A stretch of DNA of 64,000 bases from a candidate division LCP-89 bacterium B3_LCP (GTDB lineage Bacteria > Electryoneota > B3-LCP): the NCBI GenBank assembly GCA_005223185.1, contig NJBN01000007.1, positions 1 through 64,000 of the forward strand, in the 5' to 3' direction. The translations under genes and the position numbers were made by a program. Below are positions 9,701 through 18,319 of this stretch, piece after piece (position 1 is the stretch's first letter; the number at the start of each line of letters is the position of its first letter). A model generated the notes under the pieces. The model saw nothing but the letters and a program-made list of their open reading frames with translations. It made no database searches and was not told the DNA's origin.

Positions 9701-12118
9701 TTATTTCACTTCAATTTGATAAGGCATGAACATCAAAGGTTCACCGTTGTACAATTCCGCCATCAGCGACAGCGGTTCCACTGCGTCTGATAGAACGTCC
9801 GGGAGAGCTTGACCTCGCATGTTGAATAGTTCCTGTGTCATCAGATTGAAGAACGGCTTCCGTTTCGGATAGAATTCCACCTCCAGGGGCACTGTCTCCT
9901 CTAAGCCCAAACGGCTGCGAGTTACGGCTAAAGCCACGTCCATCCCACCGATTAAGTCAACCAGACCTCTTTCCACCGCCTGTCTTCCTGTCCACACTCG
10001 ACCTTCGCCAATAGCATCGACGTCTGCAATATCCATGTCTCTTGACTCAGCAACTCTTTCGACGAAATCCTGGTAAAACTGCTCAACTACCTGCTGAAGC
10101 ATCGCCATCTCTTCATCGCTGAAAGGTCTGGTGGAGGACGTGGCGTCTGCATGTTCACCACGTTTGAATGTATGTGTATTTAAGTAAATCTTCTCGTACA
10201 AACCGGCAAGACAGAATTTTCCCCCTAAAACCCCGATGGAACCAGTAACCGTGCTTTCCTCAGCAATGATGGTGTCCGCTGCGCAGGCTATGTAATAACC
10301 ACCGGAACCCGCCACATTACCCATGGAAACGATGAAGGGCTTCCTGTTTTTCTCATCAGTAACAGATCGCCGCACTTCTCTATATATAGCTTCCGAGGGA
10401 AACGCGGAACCACCGGGCGAGTTCACCCGCATGATTATAGCGTCGATGCTCTTATCTTCGCGAGCGTGCCGGATCGCTTCTGTAATTGTTTTTGAACCGA
10501 TACGCTTGTCACCGAAGAAACTGCTACCACTCTCACCTGAAAATATCGGTCCCTCTGCGTAGATTATAGCCACTCTAGGAATCCGCTGGTCGTGCCACTC
10601 TTCCGCGTAGATTGGTGATCTCCAGTATGCCCCTTCACTCACAGGTCGGAATTGCTGAGCTTTTAAGTTATCCCTTATCTGGTCATAGTAAAGCAGATCG
10701 TCGACCAGGCCGTTGTCTAAAGCACGGTGGCAGTTATACGGTCCACCATCGACAATGGTTTTCACTTCATCCAGTTGCCAGCCTCGCCCTTCGCCAACTT
10801 GCGTGCAAAGCTGATCATAGATATCATCCAGTAGCCAGTTAATCATCTCCGCTTCAGCGTTAGTTGCATCTTCCTGGGTCAGCATATTTGCAGCGGTTTT
10901 GTATTCTCCTGCCTGAACCACCTGGAAGTTGATACCCAATTTATCTAAAGTCCCCTTCCAGTAACCCATCACAGCCGCCAGACCGCGCAGATCCACAAAT
11001 CCCACAGGCATCAGATACAATTCATCGCAAACTGAGGCCAAATAATATTCCTTCTGAGAATAGAACTCAGCGTAACCCACCAACTTCTTCCCGTTTGCTT
11101 TGCATTCTTCCAGAGCGCGCCTGATCTGCTGTGCTTGCGCTAAACCGTATTTCGGCGCTTCGAAGGTAATCAGCAGACCACTGACTTTGGGATCATCGGC
11201 GTATTGAGCAATTTCCTGGCGCAATTGCCGCAGAGTTTTACCCCTCTTCGTAAATGGGAAAACAAATCCAGGATCAGCCTCCAAAATTTCGCCTCCTATC
11301 GTTATCTCCACCATCTGGCGTTTCGGCTCTGTGAAGATATTTCTGTGTTTAGCAGAAGATAGGCTCACATAGGAAACGTTGCTCACCGGTTCACCTGCTT
11401 CGTCCATACTATTGAAATTTCCAACGGTGAGATTTCCCAACGAAAGACCTACCCCAAAACTCAACATAGCACTTTCAGTTCGATATTCACCTAAAAGCCG
11501 AATGCCATCAAATGGTATAGCTTCAAAGCGAATGCGCGGATCCAATTCTTCGCCATAGCTGTGATTGGTGCTTTCCGTTAAGAGGACGTCCCCTGATAAA
11601 GTCCAGCGGTAACCGAAGGGGCGCAATGCTAAGGCAAGATTATAGGAGGCATTCGATCTCATGCCGTTCCAGGTTGGCTCATTAACGTCAAACGCTACTG
11701 CGCCAGCACTCAAAAACGGAAACGGTCGATATCCAATTCCGATGTCCCAGCTTCCCGGGCGGTCGATGGCACGATACCAGTGATGAGCCATACCGGCGTA
11801 TAACCCTCCACCCAAGTCGAATCCATGCGCCAGCGTATAGCGGTTGTACAGTTCGATATCATTCTTCACAAATTCCCCGGCGAAACCTAACTGTCCCAAT
11901 TTAACTAACACAGCACGATCGCGGCTGGTAGTGGCGTCATTGTAAGGCATGAGTGCGGATAATTCCATCCCGGAACGAACACCCAACCAGGCGGGATTGC
12001 TAAAAATGGAAACTGCATTGTCCGTCACTGCAGCTGAATTCGACGGCAGTGTAACACTCTGCCCTGACACACTTACGATCAGAAGCATTATACTTAAGAT
12101 GGTGATTATCTTCTTCAT
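9701..12118 (-). CDS. sppA: Signal peptide peptidase SppA (S49, tandem-domain 67K type) with an extra ~270 aa N-terminal beta-rich domain
   Basis: Second S49 domain has the catalytic Ser motif GNVAGSGGYY plus a Lys dyad; the N-terminal domain has a signal peptide and an IFSNPAWLG motif reminiscent of the PorP/SprF family. Confidence 0.75.
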   Translation of the reverse strand: MKKIITILSIMLLIVSVSGQSVTLPSNSAAVTDNAVSIFSNPAWLGVRSGMELSALMPYNDATTSRDRAVLVKLGQLGFAGEFVKNDIELYNRYTLAHGFDLGGGLYAGMAHHWYRAIDRPGSWDIGIGYRPFPFLSAGAVAFDVNEPTWNGMRSNASYNLALALRPFGYRWTLSGDVLLTESTNHSYGEELDPRIRFEAIPFDGIRLLGEYRTESAMLSFGVGLSLGNLTVGNFNSMDEAGEPVSNVSYVSLSSAKHRNIFTEPKRQMVEITIGGEILEADPGFVFPFTKRGKTLRQLRQEIAQYADDPKVSGLLITFEAPKYGLAQAQQIRRALEECKANGKKLVGYAEFYSQKEYYLASVCDELYLMPVGFVDLRGLAAVMGYWKGTLDKLGINFQVVQAGEYKTAANMLTQEDATNAEAEMINWLLDDIYDQLCTQVGEGRGWQLDEVKTIVDGGPYNCHRALDNGLVDDLLYYDQIRDNLKAQQFRPVSEGAYWRSPIYAEEWHDQRIPRVAIIYAEGPIFSGESGSSFFGDKRIGSKTITEAIRHAREDKSIDAIIMRVNSPGGSAFPSEAIYREVRRSVTDEKNRKPFIVSMGNVAGSGGYYIACAADTIIAEESTVTGSIGVLGGKFCLAGLYEKIYLNTHTFKRGEHADATSSTRPFSDEEMAMLQQVVEQFYQDFVERVAESRDMDIADVDAIGEGRVWTGRQAVERGLVDLIGGMDVALAVTRSRLGLEETVPLEVEFYPKRKPFFNLMTQELFNMRGQALPDVLSDAVEPLSLMAELYNGEPLMFMPYQIEVK

Positions 12119-12150
12119 ATCAACCTCTAGTTCATTTAAAGCTATTGCCG

Positions 12151-13041
12151 TTAGTACAACCGTTTTCGTTTATTTAGATATTCCATTAGAGCGAAATCAA
12201 AAGGTTGGCTAGTATCGAACAACGCATAGTCCACCCTATTCTCCCGGCAGCCACTTTTCAGTTCATCCAGGAACCCCTTCATCTCCTTCTGATAGGCGTC
12301 CTTAAGGTGCCACGGCTGGGAAATTATCCGTTCATCCGTTTCCAAATCCCGGAAACGGGCATCTCGGGGAAAGGCGAAGCTCCTTTCCAGTGGATCGATC
12401 ACCTGCAGCACTATCACTTCATGACCGTCATAGCGGAAGTGCCGCAATCCGGAAATGATCTCTTCAGGTTCGTCCAGCAGGTCAGATATCAGGATCACCA
12501 GACCTCTGCGCTGCATACGTTCAGCTACACGATGGAGAGTTTCGGCTATTCCGGTTTTCCCTGACGGTTCTAAATTCACCAGTTCTGAAAATATCTGGCT
12601 CAAATAGCTGCGTACCGAACGCGGTGGAAGCAGTCTCTTTATCTTCTGATCGAAGATTGCCAGTCCCACCGCATCACGCTGTTCGATCATCAGGTGTGAT
12701 AATGCTGCAGTTAACTGTATTCCATACTGCAACTTGCTGAGACTGCCTGAACCGAACGCCATGGAAGCGGAACTATCCAGCAAAATGTAACCCTTAAGAT
12801 TGGTCTCCTCCTCGAACCGTTTGATCACAAAACGGTCTGTCCGAGCATATACTTTCCAATCGATATTGCGTATGGAATCACCAGGCAAGTAGGGGCGGTG
12901 TTCGGCAAATTCCACCGAAAAACCGTGATAGGGACTCTGGTGCAGACCGGTGATGAATCCTTCCACAACCCGGCGTGCCAGCAATTGCAGATTAGACAGG
13001 CGTGCTAATTCTTGAGGTTTTAGGAGCTGAGCTTGCGGCAT
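12151..13041 (-). CDS. DUF58 (vWA-like) protein, MoxR partner
   Basis: HQSPYHGFSVEFAEHRPYLPGD motif typical of DUF58; immediately downstream of MoxR. Confidence 0.8.
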   Translation of the reverse strand: MPQAQLLKPQELARLSNLQLLARRVVEGFITGLHQSPYHGFSVEFAEHRPYLPGDSIRNIDWKVYARTDRFVIKRFEEETNLKGYILLDSSASMAFGSGSLSKLQYGIQLTAALSHLMIEQRDAVGLAIFDQKIKRLLPPRSVRSYLSQIFSELVNLEPSGKTGIAETLHRVAERMQRRGLVILISDLLDEPEEIISGLRHFRYDGHEVIVLQVIDPLERSFAFPRDARFRDLETDERIISQPWHLKDAYQKEMKGFLDELKSGCRENRVDYALFDTSQPFDFALMEYLNKRKRLY

Positions 13042-13044
13042 CCT

Positions 13045-14046
13045 TTAGCTATCTCCGGCGAGTAATTTGTCTATGACGTCAAAAGCGTCGATGCCTTCAG
13101 CTTCTGCATTGAAGCTTAACACCAGGCGGTGCCTCAAGACCGCTATTGCGGAAGCGTTGACGTCTTCAATGTCCGGCGTGGGTCGCCCGTTTAAAGCGGC
13201 TCGGGCTTTGGCGCCTAAAATGAGATACTGTCCTGCTCTTGGACCGGCTCCCCAACGAATCCACTTCGAGGCAAAGTCTGGTGCATCAGGGTCTTCCGGC
13301 CGGGTCCTGCGAGCTAACTTAACTGCATATTGGACAACGTGATCTGATACCGGCACTCGTCTGATCAAGTCCTGCAGGTGAATTATCTCTTCACCGCGTA
13401 GTACCGGCTCGATACTGGCGACTTCATCGCTGGTGGTAGCCTTCACCATAGTCAGTTCATCCTCTTTGGACGGGTAATCCACCCAGAGGCTGAACATGAA
13501 TCTGTCTAATTGGGCTTCAGGCAGCGGATAGGTTCCTTCCTGTTCTATGGGATTCTGCGTTGCTAAGACAAAGAAAGGTTCTTCCAAATTATGTGTCGTT
13601 CCTCCGGCGGAAACCTGGTGTTCCTGCATAGCTTGCAGGAGTGCCGCTTGCGTCTTGGGTGGCGTTCTGTTGATCTCATCGGCGAGCACTATATTGGCAA
13701 AGACCGGCCCTCGCACGAACTTGAAACCCTTCTGCCCGGTAGCGCGATCCTCTTCGATGATTTCGGTTCCGGTGATGTCGGAAGGCATCAGATCGGGTGT
13801 GAACTGTATGCGCGAAAAAGATAGATCCAGAGCCTGTGCCAGGGTGCTGATCATCAAGGTCTTCGCCAGTCCGGGAACGCCTATCAACAGACAGTGCCCG
13901 CGAGCAAGCAAACTGATTAATAGCCCCTCAATTATTTCCTTCTGCCCAACTATTACCTTCGCAAGCTCACTTTCAATCTTCTGGCGAGCGTCCGTCAGTT
14001 TTTTCAAGGTTTCAATATCGTCAGCCACGTTTTCTCCATTTGACAA
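13045..14046 (-). CDS. MoxR family AAA+ ATPase
   Basis: Walker A GVPGLAKT; MoxR signature over the full length. Confidence 0.9.
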   Translation of the reverse strand: MSNGENVADDIETLKKLTDARQKIESELAKVIVGQKEIIEGLLISLLARGHCLLIGVPGLAKTLMISTLAQALDLSFSRIQFTPDLMPSDITGTEIIEEDRATGQKGFKFVRGPVFANIVLADEINRTPPKTQAALLQAMQEHQVSAGGTTHNLEEPFFVLATQNPIEQEGTYPLPEAQLDRFMFSLWVDYPSKEDELTMVKATTSDEVASIEPVLRGEEIIHLQDLIRRVPVSDHVVQYAVKLARRTRPEDPDAPDFASKWIRWGAGPRAGQYLILGAKARAALNGRPTPDIEDVNASAIAVLRHRLVLSFNAEAEGIDAFDVIDKLLAGDS

Positions 14047-14165
14047 ACCTGTATTGTAGTTACTTCATTAAAGAGTAAAAAGTGTTAATTGTTCCACCGA
14101 TTGTCAATAAATTCTCTTGCATTCTTTTTAAAGTTGATCTAAATTTGGTTTCGTAAAGATTATTC

Positions 14166-14430
14166 ACTATTTGGAGAGGTAGCGCGGGGGCTTGCTCCCG
14201 CCATGTAAATTCGTGCCGCTGACTCCCCGCAGTCAGCGGCTATAACAACCGCAGAGTACGGGGACTCTGCGGCACTGGAATAGCCTCTCACCGCCCGGAA
14301 ATGTCCGAAGGACTCCTATGGAGAATTTCCAGGCTAGTCTTATGCTGTCCCGCTAAAGCGGGACGCTTAAAAACCTTTACGTCCGTCAGATGACGGACAG
14401 AAATTGAATAGCCCGGGAATTCATTCCCGG
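14166..14430. repeat. Mosaic palindromic repeat, copy 2 (modules E, D, B, A, C), the most complete copy
   Basis: E hairpins gccgctgact-ccccgc-agtcagcggc and ccgcagagt-acgggg-actctgcgg; D ccgaaggactcctatggagaatttccaggct; B gtcccgctaaagcgggac; A gtccgtcagatgacggac; C cccgggaattcattcccggg. Confidence 0.75.
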
Positions 14431-14566
14431 GTAGGGGATTGGTAACAGAACCTTCAGTCCGGTACTGATTATCGGATGACTCGAGCCCAGGGTATGTTAC
14501 GAAATCACAAGGAGTAATCTAACCATCAACCTGAAAAACCTGAACAAAACCGAACTACAAGACCTG

Positions 14567-15547
14567 ATGGAGAGCTGGGGTGAGAAACGCTTTCACGGCC
14601 GGCAGATATTCGCTGCTCTACACCGGAGGGGTGTGAAATCTGTGGGTGAAATGATGGATCTAACCCTCAAACTCAGAGAGCGCCTGGCAGATTTCGAACC
14701 GCTGGATTCTCTCTTCCCCGTTCAAGAACTAAAAGGTGAGGACGGCACTATCAAGATCCTTTTCCGCCTGAGGGACGGTGAACATATCGAATCTGTCTGG
14801 ATTCCGAAGGGGGACCATGCCACGCTCTGTATTTCCACGCAGGCAGGCTGCCCGTTGGACTGCACCTTCTGTGCTACCGGGAAAATCGCTTTCAAACGCA
14901 ACCTCAGCGTGGCAGAAATTGTTGACCAGGTGATTTATTTCCGTAGATTGAAAAGCGATCTACTGTTGCGCAACCTGGTTTTCATGGGGATGGGTGAACC
15001 GCTGTTGAATTACGATAACTTAGTGCGTTCGATACGGACGTTATACGCCGCTGATGGGTCAGCGATTTCACAGAGGCGCATGACTGTTTCAACTGCTGGT
15101 ATAGTACCCAAAATCGAACAATTAAGGGATGAGGGTCTGAAGATAAAGCTGGCGGTTTCTCTGAATGCTCCGACGGATGAATTGCGTGATCGTATCATGC
15201 CTATAAATAAGAAGTATCCATTGAATGTTCTGTTTAAGGCTTTGGACGAATTTTGCCTGAAATCTGGTGACCGCATCACATTCGAGTATACTCTTATGCC
15301 CGGACTGAATGACACTGATGAGATGATTCATGCTCTGCGGAAGTGGCTGATCAAGATGCCCTGCAAGTTGAACCTGATTCCGCTCAATCCCCTTGATCGG
15401 AGGAGAAGAAAGCAAACTGATTGGGACGGGATATTCGATCGCTTTTATGAGGTTTTCGCAAAGGATAAGATAACACTGACCCTGCGCCGCAGCCGCGGTG
15501 CAGAAATACGAGCTGCCTGCGGGCAGTTAGCTGGGAAAACACTTTAA
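14567..15547 (+). CDS. rlmN: 23S rRNA/tRNA m2A methyltransferase RlmN (radical SAM)
   Basis: CPLDCTFCATGK radical-SAM motif; homology continues about 15 codons upstream of the ATG with no canonical start (see finding). Confidence 0.85.
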   Translation: MESWGEKRFHGRQIFAALHRRGVKSVGEMMDLTLKLRERLADFEPLDSLFPVQELKGEDGTIKILFRLRDGEHIESVWIPKGDHATLCISTQAGCPLDCTFCATGKIAFKRNLSVAEIVDQVIYFRRLKSDLLLRNLVFMGMGEPLLNYDNLVRSIRTLYAADGSAISQRRMTVSTAGIVPKIEQLRDEGLKIKLAVSLNAPTDELRDRIMPINKKYPLNVLFKALDEFCLKSGDRITFEYTLMPGLNDTDEMIHALRKWLIKMPCKLNLIPLNPLDRRRRKQTDWDGIFDRFYEVFAKDKITLTLRRSRGAEIRAACGQLAGKTL

Positions 15548-15565
15548 TGTAAATGTTTTGTTAAA

Positions 15566-15597
15566 TGAAAAAGCCCCCAGTTCGGGGGCTTTTCTAT
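15566..15597. terminator. Bidirectional Rho-independent terminator
   Basis: aaa-agcccccagttcgggggct-tttt sits between convergent rlmN and the T9SS cargo gene. Confidence 0.7.
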
Positions 15598-15615
15598 TTT
15601 CTTTCTGTCAGGGAA

Positions 15616-16953
15616 TTATTTCACCAACAACAGTTTTTGAGTTAACGAACCATGGGTTGAATTGAGGTTCGCAAAGTAGATACCACTGGGAAGATTATGA
15701 GCGTCGAAAGTGGCATCGTAGGTTCCAGCTACCTTATAGCCATCCGCCAATCTTGCGACTTCACAGCCCTGGGTATCATAGATAATCAGCGTTACATAAC
15801 CTTCATCTGGTAGGCTGAAACTCAGGCTGGTTTGTGGATTGAATGGGTTGGGGTAATTCTGCATCAGTTGAAACTTATTAGCAATCCCGATGGTAACTGT
15901 AACCTCATCGGAGTAGGAGGTCGCACCGCTGATGTCAGTTTGCATAAGCTTGTAGGTGTAAGTGCCGTTCCCAACTTCATCCAGATAGCTATAAGATTGA
16001 GGTTCTTCTGTAGTTCCAGCGCCGGGGAGTGTCGCGATTTCAATGTTATTGCGCAGGATAGTCCAACTGTAACATTCGTTTTCGCTGGCAGTATTCCAGG
16101 TTAACAGCACCCCGCTCTCAGCGACGTTAGCATTAAATGCGGTTAATTCTACAGGTGTAGGTGCGCCAAGATCATAGTAGTTCAGGTTTTCATTGTCATA
16201 ATCCACGTTCCAGAGATAACCGCCCTCAACCGTTACTCCAGCGAGCCACGCAGGGACATAGGTAGGTGAGGAGTCCACGATTGTCCCTGTCATGGTGATC
16301 TGGTATAATGTGAATGTTTGTGAATCAGAATAGTACAAATGTCCATCGTAGTAAGTCAGTCCGCTGATATCCTGCGAAGGAACGGAAATTGTACCAACCT
16401 GAGCTCCAGTGTTGGGATCAATTTTGTAAATGGTATGTGAGCCTGGCGAACCTGTGTTCGTTCCGTAGTACAGATACTGACCATCCCAGGCAACTCCAGC
16501 CCAATAGGAAGAGTAGACGATTGGGAATGAAGTAACAACTGCTCCTGTCATCGGATCGACTTTACATATTACCGGTCCGCCAACATAGTCCGTAACCCAC
16601 AAATGACTGCCATCCCAGGTAATACCTCCCGGCCAAAGTGCAGGTGAATTTATGTGACCAACTATATTCCCGGTCATATCAACCTTATAGATGTACGGAT
16701 CACCTACTCCAGCGCTCCATCTCGGTATCCAGAAATATTGACCATCGAAGGCCAACCCCGTTGGATTAGCAATGAGGAGAGGGCAAAATCCTACCCAGGG
16801 CCAATCGCATGGTTGTGGATTAGAGGGTTGTACGACACGTTCTTCCACCGCAAAGTACTGTCCGGCAGGTGGGACGCTAAGATTTTGTGCCAGCGCGCAT
16901 GATGTGAGAAAGATGAGTGTACACAAAATTACTACAAATTTCTTCATTTTCAT
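15616..16953 (-). CDS. Secreted beta-propeller-like protein with T9SS C-terminal sorting domain
   Basis: Signal peptide MKMKKFVVILCTLIFLTSCALA; repeated YY/W blades; C-terminus NYPNPFNPQTSLSF ... KLLLVK. Confidence 0.7.
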   Translation of the reverse strand: MKMKKFVVILCTLIFLTSCALAQNLSVPPAGQYFAVEERVVQPSNPQPCDWPWVGFCPLLIANPTGLAFDGQYFWIPRWSAGVGDPYIYKVDMTGNIVGHINSPALWPGGITWDGSHLWVTDYVGGPVICKVDPMTGAVVTSFPIVYSSYWAGVAWDGQYLYYGTNTGSPGSHTIYKIDPNTGAQVGTISVPSQDISGLTYYDGHLYYSDSQTFTLYQITMTGTIVDSSPTYVPAWLAGVTVEGGYLWNVDYDNENLNYYDLGAPTPVELTAFNANVAESGVLLTWNTASENECYSWTILRNNIEIATLPGAGTTEEPQSYSYLDEVGNGTYTYKLMQTDISGATSYSDEVTVTIGIANKFQLMQNYPNPFNPQTSLSFSLPDEGYVTLIIYDTQGCEVARLADGYKVAGTYDATFDAHNLPSGIYFANLNSTHGSLTQKLLLVK

Positions 16954-17093
16954 ACCTCCGATTTTATTTCTTACCATAAAGATCGTTATCACGCAATATA
17001 TAAAGAATATCGGTAAGAGTCAAGCACTTTTTAAAAAGTCAGTAATTCCTATTATATCAATTACTTATAGCATGATATAAGTAACTCTTTTTA

Positions 17094-17128
17094 TTAAAAA
17101 AGGCTGTCCCCAAAGAGGAACAGCCCCT
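17094..17128 (-). terminator. Rho-independent terminator
   Basis: GC stem ggctgt/acagcc flanked by A/T runs downstream of 17150..18184. Confidence 0.5.
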
Positions 17129-17149
17129 ATTTCTCTATTGACCACAAGG

Positions 17150-18184
17150 TCATTTAACCAATGTAATCTTCTGCGTCTGCTGAACGTTGCCAACGGTTAA
17201 CCTGGCAAAGTAATTACCACTGGAAAGACTGGCAGCATCGAAAGCAGCCCGATAGGAACCAGGCATCATCCAGCCATCCTGCAAATTAGCAATCATACTC
17301 CCCTGAGCATCATAAATTACCAGAGACACATTGCCTGCTTTGGGCAGATCGAAATCGAAGTTCGTATTTGGATTGAAGGGATTGGGATACGCGGGTGCCA
17401 ACGAGATTTCAACTGGCAAATTGATCTGACCTGGCAATTCCTGAATTCCTGTCATACCAGTAGTTCTGTGGAAGTAACCAGTAGTAAAATTGGGATTTGT
17501 CTCATCTATATTAGAGATAAGGAAGACCTGCCCCTCGCCATTCTGTGTGAGATAAATATATTGCCAGGTCTCAAGGGAACTCAATGGAATCCCGCTCACG
17601 ACAGTCCAGCTCATTATATGCATCTGTAGCCTCAGGCAGCTATAGGAGCCCATTGCATCTGTCACTGTGCCCCAGGCATCCACAACCCCCCAAGTTGTGT
17701 CAACTTGAGAATTTCCGGGAATGCCAAAATCGAGTTCGGTAACTCCCCACCACTCATCGTTGTAGGTCATGGGGAAACTATTGGGCAATTCCAGTATTGT
17801 GATATTTACAGCGGTTCCACCAGCTGCACTCCCTAAATATTGGTGATTACTTGCCGTTGTCTCATAATACTGGTAAAAGTCTGGCGTACCAGAATACCAA
17901 GTTGCATGGTTGGCATTAGGATAGCTTGCAGCGTATGGAGTACTGGCTGGTGTGACCCAGTTTTCATCCCATGAGTCGGGAGCTGACATGCTGGTAAAAT
18001 TCCAGCTTTGGTTTGGTCCAGAAGCTCCAGGATCAACCGTAACAGGATTATAAGTGTTTCCTGCCCGGTGAATAGTTGTCCCTGGATCAATTGGCAAATC
18101 TGATGTGTTAACGGTTATCTGTCCCAAAGATACTGATGCAATCAGCAGTGATAGGATGATCGTAATTCTTAAACGATTTAACAT
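17150..18184 (-). CDS. Secreted protein with T9SS C-terminal sorting domain
   Basis: Signal peptide; C-terminus AYPNPFNPNTNFDF ... KITLVK; start set at the ATG after RBS ggaggtgg. Confidence 0.7.
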   Translation of the reverse strand: MLNRLRITIILSLLIASVSLGQITVNTSDLPIDPGTTIHRAGNTYNPVTVDPGASGPNQSWNFTSMSAPDSWDENWVTPASTPYAASYPNANHATWYSGTPDFYQYYETTASNHQYLGSAAGGTAVNITILELPNSFPMTYNDEWWGVTELDFGIPGNSQVDTTWGVVDAWGTVTDAMGSYSCLRLQMHIMSWTVVSGIPLSSLETWQYIYLTQNGEGQVFLISNIDETNPNFTTGYFHRTTGMTGIQELPGQINLPVEISLAPAYPNPFNPNTNFDFDLPKAGNVSLVIYDAQGSMIANLQDGWMMPGSYRAAFDAASLSSGNYFARLTVGNVQQTQKITLVK

Positions 18185-18319
18185 TTCCACCTCCGTGAGT
18201 TGTACGCATTTTCAGTATATTTCATGTATTTAGAAAGCTACATAATAACAATGATAATGTCAAGAGAATTCTATGGGATTCCCTGCAAATGATTTAGCAG
18301 GTTTATTACAACGACTCAA

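Noticed and set aside
13547-14059. Long antisense ORFs from the track, for example 13547..14059 (170 aa, opposite MoxR), 35839..36303 (opposite uvrA) and 51455..51829 (opposite exbB).
   Set aside because: They lie entirely within well-supported genes on the opposite strand, have no homology signals and low-complexity composition. They are treated as shadow ORFs.
14321-14362. Tiny ORF inside the D module (MENFQASLMLSR at 14321, MENFQANFMLSRKAGRK at 55257), possibly a repeat-encoded peptide.
   Set aside because: Differences between copies are non-synonymous and change the length, there is no convincing RBS, and other D copies lack the ORF. It is more likely a coincidence of the ATG within the repeat.
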